Under the pieces are notes generated by a model. The model saw only the letters and a program-made list of their open reading frames with translations, was not told the origin of the DNA and did not search any database. A stretch of 64,000 bases of DNA from Malacoraja senta (lineage: Eukaryota): positions 124,001-188,000 of the forward strand of contig JAXLNO010004500.1 of assembly GCA_038087875.1 (NCBI GenBank), read 5' to 3'. Position numbers and translations under genes: made by a program. The stretch's first letter is position 1. Each line of letters opens with the position of its first letter. Below are positions 35,901 to 47,160 of this stretch, piece by piece.

Positions 35901-38900
35901 TGCGTTATATTGGAATCAGTAGCAAAATCTGATTGGTATAGGGAGGTATAAAATTCCTGAAAGGATTTATTAATTTCGTCATGGTCTACAGTTACTGTAT
36001 CATCCCGTTTACTCACTTTAGTAATCTGACGCTTGGCCGACACTGCTTTCAATTGATTAGCAAGTAATTTACCAGATTTTTTCGCCATTTATATAAAATT
36101 TACTTTTGGTTTTAAGTAACTGGTTCTCAATCGGTGATACTAATAACAAATCATATCTCAATTGAAGTTCAACTCTATTCTTATAGAGCTCTAAACTAGG
36201 AGCTTTTGAATATTTTTAATCAATTTCTTTAATCTCGTCAGCCAACGTGCGTGTTTCTTTTTGTGTTTGTTTTTTTAATCCCGCGGAGTATGAAATAATT
36301 TGTCCACGAATATATGCCGTAAAAGCATCCCAAACTATACCATTGGATATCTCTTCATTAGAGTTTGTCAAGAAGTAAAAAGCAATCTGGACTTTCATAA
36401 ACTTAATAAAGTTTAAGTCTTGAAGCAAAGTAGCATTAAATCACCATTGTTTAGCACTAAACTTGGAATCAGGTAGTTTGATCAATAGTTTCACTGGTGC
36501 ATGATCAGAAATAGCAATTGTATCATACTCACATGCAATGACCGATGGAACTAGCCGAGAATCTAGTATAAAATAGTCGATCCTAGAATAACTATGATAT
36601 ACATGAGAGAAAAATGAAAATTCTTTGTCATTTGCGTTTAAGAATCTCCAAATTTCTAACATTCCCGAGTCAAGTAAAAAATAATTAATAAAATTAGCTG
36701 ATTTATTTGGAAGCACATGATCAGATGTAGACCTATCAATCGAGGGATTCAAACAGCAATTGAAGTTTCCACCCATTATTAAAAAGTGTTCATTTAAATT
36801 GGGATAGGATGCAATTAACTGTTTAAAAAACTCAGGGTGATCAATATTTGGTGCATAGACATTCACCATATGACTTTTTGCCTATAAAGGACACTGGTAA
36901 TCACCAAGAATCTGCCATATGGATCAGAAATTGTTTCATGTTGAACAAACGGAATTGAGGAGTCAATAAAAATAGAGACTCCTTTCACCTTAGCCTGTGA
37001 ATTTGAATGAAACTGCTGTCCTCCCCAAAACTTGAAAAATCGTGACTTGTCTTCTTGCCTTACATGAGTTTCCTGAACAAAAATAATCTGAACATTTAGT
37101 CTGTGAAGAACTTTAAAAAAAAAATCCTCTTAATGGGATGGTTCAAGCCATTCACATTCCATGAAAGGAAATTAGTAACTTTATCCATATTGCTTGTAAA
37201 AAATCATGTGGGATGTAATGGGTTAATTTCTTGAAGCCTAAAAGTTCATAATACTGGAAGAAGAAAAATCTAGGGCAGAGCCAGAAGTGACGACATTTCA
37301 GCCAATTTTGTAGTTCAGAATTTGCACAAATGGAGATCACTAAATAGGGAACAAAAGACCCCTCCCCCCTCCCCCCTCCCACCCCTGTAGAACCCCAAAC
37401 TGACCAATAGACAGTCAGCAAACTACCTAATCTCCCCAATCCCATCTCCCAGTAACAGCGCTCAGCATAAAAAGAATAATATTTAACCACTACGTCATAA
37501 CACATTTGTTATTATCTCTTTGAGAGAGAAGGGAAAAAAATACAGACTGGCATGGAATGCTGCTTATTATTATCCAAGGTCAAAATATGAAAAACAAGAA
37601 CTGCGTTCTCTTAGTTTGTCTAACGACAGGGGAACACGAATTAACAAAGAAATTCTTAAAAGAATATATATAAAAGAAAAACAACTTGTCCAGTTAAATT
37701 CTTAATCATTACCAAACGAAATGTTGTCAAAATAGGAACAGTAAACCTCCAATTCTAACTTAATCAGCTATCAATTACTCCCCTTCCTCGTCGTAGCTCT
37801 TCAGACGCAGCTGGAGGCGTCTTGAGGAATGTTAAAAAATCGAAAGTTACCATTGAAAATCCGAATACGCAATCTAGCTGGAAATAATAGAGCTGGGCGC
37901 AGTTTTTTCTTATACAAATCAGACATTACATTATAAAAAGTATTTCTTATTTCCAAAAGCTCGTAACTATAATCAGGGACAAACCGAAACTTACATCCTT
38001 CATATTCAACCATACCCAACTTTTTTGTTGCCTGGAGAATATTCTTCTTCATTTGAAAATAATGAAACCGAATGATCAAATGTCTCGGTTTATTACCGGA
38101 TTTCTTCCCAATCCTGTGTGCGTTATCCAGTAACGGAAGGTTTTCATTGTGCTCAATGTTGAATGTTTTGCTTTATCATTTTAGAAGCATATTTTATACC
38201 GTTATCTCCTTCTTGGCCTTCCGGCAAACCAACAATTCGTAAATTCAATTGACGGCTTCTGTTTTCTAAGACCATATTTTTAGACTTGTATTGCTGAAGT
38301 GCTCAAGTGTTTTCATTCATTCTCCGTTCCAATTTTTCAATCTTCAAATCTCTCTCCTGTCCCAGGGTGCGCAAGATTTCAATTTGATCCTTTTGTTCAC
38401 GAAGTTCATCTTGTAACAAAGAGTTTTCCTTGGACTTCCTTCAAAGTAGTGGAGTTGGGGATGGCATCAAACAGAAAATTAGAAATGCGTGCAACAAAGG
38501 TAAAACAGTTATAATGGGTGACTTCAATCTACATATAGATTGGGTGAATCAAATTGGCAAGGGTGCTGAGGACGAGGATTTCTTGGAATGTATGCGGGAA
38601 AGTTTTCTAAACCAACATGTAGAGGAACCAACGAGAGAACAGGCTATTCTAGATTGGGTATTGAGTAATGAGGAAGGGTTAGTTAGCAGTCTTGTTGTGC
38701 GTGGCCCCTTGGGCAAGAGTGACCATAATATGGTTGAGTTCTTCATTAGGATGGAGAGGGACATTGTTAATTCAGAAACAAAGGTCCTGAACTTAAAGAA
38801 AGGTATCTTTGAGGGTATGAGAAGTGAATTGGCCAAGATAGACTGGCAATTGCTTCCTAATGGGTTGACGGTAGATATTCAATAGAAGGCATTTAAAGAC

Positions 38901-41100
38901 TGCATGGATGAACTACAACAATTGTTCATCCCAGTTTGGCAAACAAATAAATCAGGGAAGGTAGTGCATCCATGGATAACAAGGGAAATCAGGGATAGTA
39001 TCAAAACAAAAGATGAAGCGTACAAATTAGCCAGAAAAGGCAGCCTACCAGAGGACTGGGAGAAATTCAGAGTCCAGCAGAGGAGGACGATACATAATCT
39101 GCCGGAAATAGCAGGGGACCTGGGGTCAAATGAGATGGAGGCACTGAGTGAAATCCAGGTTAGCCGGGAAGTGGTGTTAGGTAAATTGAATGGATTAAAG
39201 GCCGATAAATCCCCAGGGCCAGATAGGCTGCATCCCAGAGTACTTAAGGAAGTAGCCCCAGAAATAGTGGATGCATTAGTGATAGTTTTTCAAAACTCTT
39301 TAGATTCTGGAGTAGTTCCTGAGGATTGGAGGGTAGCTAATGTAACCCCACTTTTTAAAAAGGGAGGGAGAGAGAAAATGGGGAATTACAGACCAGTTAG
39401 TCTAACGTCGGTAGTGGGGAAACTGCTAGAATCAGTTATTAATGATGGGATAGCAGCACATTTGGAAAGTGGTGAAATCATTGGACAAAGTCAGCATGGA
39501 TTTATGAAAGGTAAATCATGCCTGACGAATCTTAAAGAATGTTTCGAGGATGTAACTAGTAGAGTGGATAAGGAAGAACCAGTGGATGTGTTATATCTGG
39601 ACTTTCAGAAGGCTTTCGACAAGGTCCCACATATGAGATTAGTATACAAACTTAAAGCACACAGTATTGGGGGTTCAGTATTGATGTGGATAGAGAACTG
39701 GCTGGCAGTGACTAGTGGGGTACCGCAAGGCTCAGTGCTGGGACCCCAGCTATTTACGATATATATTAATGATTTGGACGAGGGAATTGAATGCAACATC
39801 TCCAAGTTTGCGGATGACACGAAGCTGGGGAGCAGTGTTAGCTGTGAGGAGGACGCTCGGAGGCTGCAAGGTGACTTGGATAGGCTGGGTGAGTGGGCAA
39901 ATGCATGGCAGATGCAGTATAATGTGGATAAATGTGAGGTTGTCCACTTTGGCGGCAAAAACAGGAAAGTAGACTATTATCTGAATGGTGGCCGATTAGG
40001 AAAAGGGGAGATGCAACGAGACCTGGGTGTCATGGTACACCAGTCATTAAAAGTAGGCATACAGGTGCAGCAGGCAGTGAAGAAGGCGAATGGTATGTTA
40101 GCATTCATAGCAAAAGGATTTGAGTATAGGAGCAGGGAGGTTCTACTGCAGTTGTACAGGGTCTTGGTGAGACCACACCTGGAGTATTGCGTACAGTTTT
40201 GGTCTCCTAATCTGAGGAAAGACATTCTTGTCATAGAGGGAGTACAGAGCAGGTTCACCAGACTGATTCCTGGGATGTCAGGACTTTCATATGAAGAAAG
40301 ACTGGATAGACTCAGTTTGTACTCGCTAGAATTTAGAAGATTGAGGGGGGATCTTATAGAAATGTACAACATTCCTAAGGGGTTGGACAGGCTAGATGCA
40401 CGAAAATTGTTTTCCGGTGTTGGGGAAAACAAGGGGTCACAGTTTAAGGATAAGGGGGAAATCTTTTAGGACCGAGATGAGGAAAACATTTTTCACACAG
40501 AGAGTGGTGAATCTCTGGGATTCTCTGCCACAGAATGTAGTTGAGGCCAGTTCATTGGCTATATTTAAGAGGGAGTTAGATGTGGCCCTTGTGGCTAAAG
40601 GGATCAGGGGGTATGGAGAGAAAGCAGGTACAGGATACTGAGTTGGATGATCAGCCATGAGCATATTGAATGGCGGTGCAGGCTCGAAGGGCCGAATGGC
40701 CTACTCCTGCACCTATTTTCTATGTTTCTATGTTTCTAATTTGGTCGAAACTCCTTCACCATTTCTTCCAAACTGCCAAATCTTGTTTTCATTTCATTTT
40801 TCAACTCATTTTTCAATTCATCGTTCATTTTCGATAATGCTTCTATGATGCTGGAATCAGAAGCTGCAGCTGTGGTTGTGGCTTTCCCCAGTTCCTTCTT
40901 TGGGGATCCTCCTTTCCTTCTTGTCTCCATCCTTTTCACGATTAAGGCGTGTAAAAGTGTTATCAACACTTTATGAACAGTTAGACGGTGTCTTGAAGTC
41001 AAATAGTCACCAGTAACATTCAAAGAGTGGTCAGTGGAAGTTCAAAGTTAAGGGAGCAAACGAGTTTGCAACCTTACAGCATGCTGCTGCTAGGAGAGTC
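32965..41100 (-). mobile_element. Near full-length L1 LINE, disrupted and split by a CR1 insertion
   Basis: ORF1 begins METRRKGG at 40930, is interrupted at about 40738/38445, and continues ENRSRQLNLRIVGLPE...IIRFHYFQ. ORF2 runs about 37185-33438 with APE (SWNVNGLN, NVYAPN, GG.FNC, YSRIDY, SDH) and RT (KAPG.DG, YRPISML, LDAEKA, LYADD) motifs. A-rich 3' end at about 32970. Confidence 0.92.
38445..40738 (+). mobile_element. CR1 LINE nested in L1 ORF1
   Basis: APE C-terminal part (MGDFNL, LDWVL, SDHN), a 521-aa RT ORF at 38904-40469 and a (TTCTATGT)n tail. Very similar to 8835-10710. Confidence 0.95.
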
Positions 41101-41629
41101 TAGTTATTGACATGTTATTGATGTTCATGATTATTCTGTTCTTTGTGCCTGGCCATTTTGACTTTGTCACATTTTACTTGGTTTATGATATTGTACAAGA
41201 TTTGCAATCACACCTCCCAATTGACTAAAATTATGCCAATTAACTAAATGCCTACTATGGCATTTAACTTATTGCATTATATTCAGTGCAGGGTAGAAGC
41301 TGCAGTTTTTAAAAAGGGCAAGTTTTTATTACATACTATGTGCTGTGTGCCGGGAAAGCACTGCCAGGGATGGTGGCGTCTGGGGTGCACCTTCGTGGGT
41401 GCATGGAGATGCAGGGGTTTGAGGGACATGAATCATTTGCAGGCAGATGCTGCCTAACTGGTGTCTGTACAACTGATCTGGAGGGATCTGATGGTCAGGC
41501 AGGGAATATTTCCAGTGACCCAATGGTGCTGAGTTCGCTGAATTTTACGGTGAATGGGAATGCCCCTGTAATAGAGGAACAGGTCCTTTGTCCAACAACG
41601 TTTGTGCTGAACATGACGCAACCTGAGGC

Positions 41630-42140
41630 AGAGTGGCGCTGCTGATAGAGCTGCTGCCTCAGTGCGTCATAGACATCAGTTCAATCGTAACCTCGGTTGT
41701 CGGCTGTGTGAAGTTTGCATGTATTCCCTATAACCGCATGGGTTTCCACTGTCCTCCAGTTTTCACACACATACTAAAGATGCCAAGTTTTATGGGTTAA
41801 TTGGTCTCAGTAATTTGACCCTAGTGTGGAAGCGAAAGTTAGATAACATAGAACTTGTGTGAAGGAAACTATTTGAAGGAGTATTGAATTTTTTGTTTAG
41901 TTTGGAGAGAGAGAATTGAAACAGACACTTCGGCCCACTGAGTCCGCACCAACTAACGATCACCCACATAAGCTAGGGACACAAGTCAATTAACCTACAA
42001 ACCTGCACATCTGTCTTTGGAATGTGGGAGGAAACTGGAGCGCCTGGAGAAAACCTATGCAGTCACAGGGAGAAGGTACAAATTCCGTACAGACATCACC
42101 CGTGGTCAGGATCAAACCCAGGTGTCTGGCGCTGTGCCTT
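41630..42140. mobile_element. Two HE1/V-SINE-like copies (about 41630-41860 +, 41895-42140 -)
   Basis: Head and core motifs in opposite orientations. Confidence 0.7.
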
Positions 42141-42269
42141 TATATCTGGAAGGAAGATGTTATGTGGGATGAATCAACAGTTAAAGCGAATAAACTAGTT
42201 GCATCTTTCTGAGTTCTGTTCTCTGCTATGCCATTTCTTTGTTGTCTAATATTTAATTTCCCTCCTCAG

Positions 42270-42310
42270 ATTATCAAAATATTCAACCAAAGCAGAACGT
42301 GCACCGCTAA
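42270..42310 (+). CDS. Candidate cytoplasmic (terminal) exon of the MHC class I-like gene
   Basis: Strong acceptor (tttaatttccctcctcag|). In phase 1 after the TM exon it reads D-YQNIQPKQNVHR*, with AATAAA at 42363-42368. It lies in unique sequence, but splicing is inferred. Confidence 0.5.
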
Positions 42311-44239
42311 CCAATCGCTGAGTAGAAGATTTCATGCATGTGATTAAAATGCAGGAACTGGAATAAATGGAAAGAGTTAAATTAAGTTTATCAAACATGA
42401 CAGAAATTCTCAATAGTCTGCCCTGCATTTGTACAAATTAGAGCTATCTAGCAATTTATGTTGATAACAGCTGATATGACTGAGGCCTCAACTCCTTTAC
42501 TGTGCTTATTCCACATAAGACACAATTCCCTGTTCTTTTATAATATATCCACGCATTATCCATCAATTCACCACCACATCATGCCTCTTTAATACATTCA
42601 TGTTAACTCTGTTTCTTGTCATCTCCAAGGGACACAGAACCAGTGATTTCAGCCATTCATGGTTAGGCAACACTTGCTTATTCCAGAAATCTCTTCTAGC
42701 TGATATCAAATATTAATATATCCTTTCTTAAATTTGAGGACCAAGCTGTGCACAGTGCTCCTGATTTGTCCTTAGCAACATCATGTTCCATAATTACAAT
42801 AGTAACCTACCTTTGAATGCTAATCACCTTCTGAGTTGTGTGCTGCATCTACCTGCTGGCTTTTTGTTTTGCACTTTAAACACTTGAATATCTTGCTCCA
42901 CTCATTTGCTATCTCACTCCATTTAGATAATAGCTTCCTTTGAATTGCTCTTACCAGAGTGTGTGAGCACATATTTTCCATCATGAAACTCCATTTGCCA
43001 TGTTTATGTTCATCTAACAAAGAGTCATGGAGCCATATAGCATGGAAGCAGGTAGTTCAGCCTAATGCTCCAAGCTGAACAAGATGCTACATTTAGGTTA
43101 GTCACATTTGCCAGTGTTTGGCCCACTTTCCTCTCAACATGTTCTATCCATGTACCTGTCCAAGTGTCTTTTCAATGTTGTTATTCTGCCTTCGCTGGCA
43201 GCTCATTCCATACACCCAGTAACCTCTTAGTAGAAAAGGTTGCCTCTCAGGTTCCTACTAAATCTTCCTCCTCACCTTAAACCCAGGGGTGCAGTGCTGC
43301 CGGAGCTCACCTGAGCACCGATCCGGCACCTCTGTTAAAGAAAAAATAAACAGCGTGGAATTTTAACTAGCGGATGTGTGGTCGGGGTAACCTGATTAAA
43401 AGAGGGGTAAGGGGAAGATCCATCACTACTCAGGTTCCCTGTAGGAGGAGGGGAACACTATGATGCAGCAGAGACAGACCATGTGATGTGTGCATCGTTT
43501 GTGGTTGTGGGCCTGGAGCTGAGCCTGGAACTCTGGTGGGTGGGTGTGTAGGTGAATGGGTGTGTAGGTAAATGAGTGTGAGGGTGAGAGTGTGTGTGTG
43601 AAGGCCCAGAGCTGCAGGATAGTCGGGGTGAGTCGGTGTCTTGCCGGCACCTCTGTAAAAATACATGATAACAGCCTTTTTCTTTACTTGCTTCATAATT
43701 ATATTTCATGATAATCAGTGAGTGCAACCGTGCAATATTTTGTCATAATTAAATTAAGTATTATATGTTTTAAAGTACTAGCTATACACTGGGATGTAGT
43801 AATAGGCTATAATCTTGTTTGACCCTCTAGGCACACGCGTCAATCTTTCAAAGCAGCGGAGTGACAATCACAGACGATAATTACTGAAGTATGATAGTAA
43901 GATGCATAAAGACTTAGAACTACCAGCTTGATCCTTTTATGAGGGTGGGAGCGGAGGGCACGTAATCCCTCAACGTTACTCCTCATAAAATAAAGATCAA
44001 ACTTCAAACTTGGTAAGTTCTCGTTTAATCTTACTATTTTACTTCGGAGTCATGTGAGTGACTACGTGAAGATTTCAAAGCTCTGTGATTTCACACCGTG
44101 GATTCAAATCCAGGTGTTCACTGCATTGATTGACTCTATTTGAGTAAGCACAATCAACAATGCATAACCACAACATTTGAATGTAATCAGTTAACGGTTT
44201 TATTTATTTTAATAAAAGTAACAAAATTAGGCCCATTTA

Positions 44240-45235
44240 TTATAATGGGGGATTTAATACTGTATCCAGCACGGCATTACCAAACCCTCTGAGATCTTTA
44301 ACCTCCTTGTGGTAATACTTGTGAAACATCTGTTCACTTGCCTATCCTGCGGCCACGAGAATAAGGTCTATTAGCACGTCTGAATCCCTGGCCGCTGATG
44401 TTGATGCCGCCCTGGAGGAATGAAATTTAAATTTATCAGTATCAATACCTGAATATCTCAACACCTGTTTCAACCATCGTGAAACTGTTTGTGTTGACAC
44501 TTTCTTATGAGGCTTTTTATGACTAATAAAAAATGCCAATTCGGCGCCTCTTAAAACTTTTGTTGTTTCTATGTAACATTTCACATATGTTACTACACAC
44601 AGTTGTGAAGCTGTAGGATATGCTAAAAATTCCAACTTGCATCCTGTGAACCCAGGTCTACTTTGCTTCAGTAAATCATAGACATAGAATGTCACGGCAT
44701 TTTGCCCTACTTTCATTCTATCAATTCTGAGTTTCTGTAATGTGTTAACTCTCTGTGCTGAAACTAATGCCATGAGCATAACCAATTTCATGGTAATTTT
44801 GGATAATGACAGAGTTTCAACTGGATTCCAATTCCTTAGGAACATCAGTACATCTTTTACATTCCAAATTTCTGTATACCTGGGTCTGGGAGGATTAGAG
44901 TTGAAAATTCCTTTCATAAACCTACAGACCCAAGGATGTGCTCCAATTGGAGTTTGTTCTGATTCACTGCTTAAATATGCAGAGAGTGCACTTCGTGCAG
45001 TATTAATTGCACTATAACTTAATTTCAATTCATAGTGTAGAGTTGAAAGAAACTCTATTACATCTGAAATTTCTGCTGTGTTATATGCAATATTCTTTCC
45101 TGAACAAAACACCTCCCATTTCTTTATATATGAAATGTACTGCTTCTGGGTACTATTCCTCCAGGCTGCTGTCATAACATCCACCGTACGGTCTGATAAT
45201 CTTTTTCCAAGATATGGCCTTCTTAGAATCTGCAA
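44240..45235 (-). pseudogene. DIRS tyrosine recombinase
   Basis: AQR (catalytic R), HSSR (HxxR) and AAG*...FHKYY, where TAG replaces the usual Trp codon at 44344-44342 before the catalytic Tyr. The frame continues to TAA at 44240. Confidence 0.9.
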
Positions 45236-45278
45236 ATCAACAAACCAATACGATTATGTAAAGGATGTGATTCATTAG

Positions 45279-45641
45279 TCACAGGGTGTACAAGCAGTTT
45301 AATCTGCTTTGGAATAACCATAAGGGTTTTGGTTTTTTTCCCCCCATTTTTAACACCAGTGTGTACCATACCTGTGTAGGCCAATCTGGTACTACCAAAA
45401 TCCCTGAGGCTGAATCTTGTTTAATTTTCTGTACGCATTTGTGGATTAAACAAAATGGTGGAAAAACATACAGAAACATACCACCCCAATGTAGCGAGAA
45501 AGCATCCACCACTACTGCTCCAGGATCAGGTTCCCATGACACATACTTAGGCAACTGGTGGTTCAATCTTGATGCAAACAGATCAATTTCTGGCATTCCA
45601 AATTGTGTGATAATTTGTGTGAATATTTTCCGATTTAACAT
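45279..45641 (-). pseudogene. DIRS Dam-like DNA N6-adenine methyltransferase domain
   Basis: IDLFASRLN.QLP.YVSW.PDP.A..VDAF...W...LYVFPPF.LI...ILVVPDWPTQVWY, characteristic of the DIRS MT domain; frameshifted from the upstream pol ORF. Confidence 0.8.
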
Positions 45642-45690
45642 TCATTCTGTATTATCATTAAATTTACGTGATCTTTTGTCTGCAATTGTA

Positions 45691-47160
45691 TTAATTTTTA
45701 CCTGGTAAATATATTGCTGACAGCCACATTTTTCTGGCAATACCCCAGGTCCAAATTTCATTTGCCAATTTATCACATGATTCTGATTTGATACCACCCA
45801 TGTGATTTATGTATGCTACAGCTGTAGTATTGTCAACCTGTACCTGAACATGCAAATTTCCCATATCAGTGCAATAAGCTCTAAGGCCGTAAAATGCGCC
45901 TAATAGCTCTAGGTAATTGATTCCCAGTTTTTCCAGCAAAGGTACTTCATTCACATTCCACCTACCTCCACAGCTGGAAATCATGTTAGTAGCGCCCCAA
46001 CTCAGCGCACTTACATCAGTCTGTCGAGTGACGGATGGTGTTTCTACCAGAACGTTTCTGGAAGCATTAGAAACATTGTTAATCCACCATTCTATTTCTG
46101 TAATGGATTGAATTGTTAAATTCATGGGCCTATCAAAATGCCCTCTATTCATTTTTAACGCTTGTACCTTAGCTCTCTGTAAACATTGATAATGCAATGG
46201 TCCAAATGTGACCGCTGGAAACCCTGCAATTAATTTGCCTAGCAAGCTTGCCACTTCTCTAATTGAAGGTGTGTCCTCGATAATGAGTTTTATGCAACCT
46301 TCAATTAACTGCAGCTTTTTATCTTTTGGCAAAGTGATTACCATGTGTTCGGAGTTAATTGTGAACCCTAGGTAATCAATCTTTTTGCTTGGTAACAATT
46401 TAGATTTTTGTAGGTGAATAATGAAACCTAATTTCTCAAAATGTATTTGACTGGATACTGACAATTTTGCAGCAGCCAAAGTGTCCCCTACAATGAGGAT
46501 ATCATCTAAATAAGCCATTAATACATGGCCCTCAGCTCTTAACAGAGCTAAAATTGGTTTGAGCAATTTAGTGAATAATCTTGGTGCTGAAATCAGACCA
46601 TTGGGCAATGCTTTAAATTGCCATAACTGACTCATCCACCTAAATTTCAAATATCTTTGATCATTACCATGCATTGCCACAGAATAATATGCATTTTGCA
46701 GATCTATGCTTGCCTTGTAGCAATTCTTTGTGACTAGCTAAATGGCATTAGTAAATGTTTCCATTTTGAAATGTTTCTATTGTACATAAAGGTTAAGATT
46801 TGTCAGATCGGAAATGATTCTACGTCCACCATCCCTTTTCTAGGAGAATATTCCTAGGAGAATATTTGACACAAACTGATGGTGTTGTTCTACTGACATT
46901 TATATCATCCTTTTCTGCATAAAATTTTTAAATTCTCCTTTGATCAACCCATTCTCTTCCTTTGAGAAAAATCCGTGACCAGTTTGCATTATGCTGAATT
47001 GGAGGATCCAAACGTGGAGAGAACTCAATGTTGAATCCTACAATGCTACATAGACTAAATGAATCATTTGTTATTGATTGCCATCTTTTAGGAAGAATCG
47101 TAACCTTCCCCCTATTTGTGAGTGTGAAATATTTGTTGTGTTTCTTACCAGACCAAGCCA
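45691..47160 (-). pseudogene. DIRS reverse transcriptase/RNase H
   Basis: ALPNGL.SAPR.FTK, YLDDIL and YLGF (RT); TD.S...WG, INYLEL and DNTTAVAYIN..GG (RNase H). The N-terminal part is frameshifted. Confidence 0.9.
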
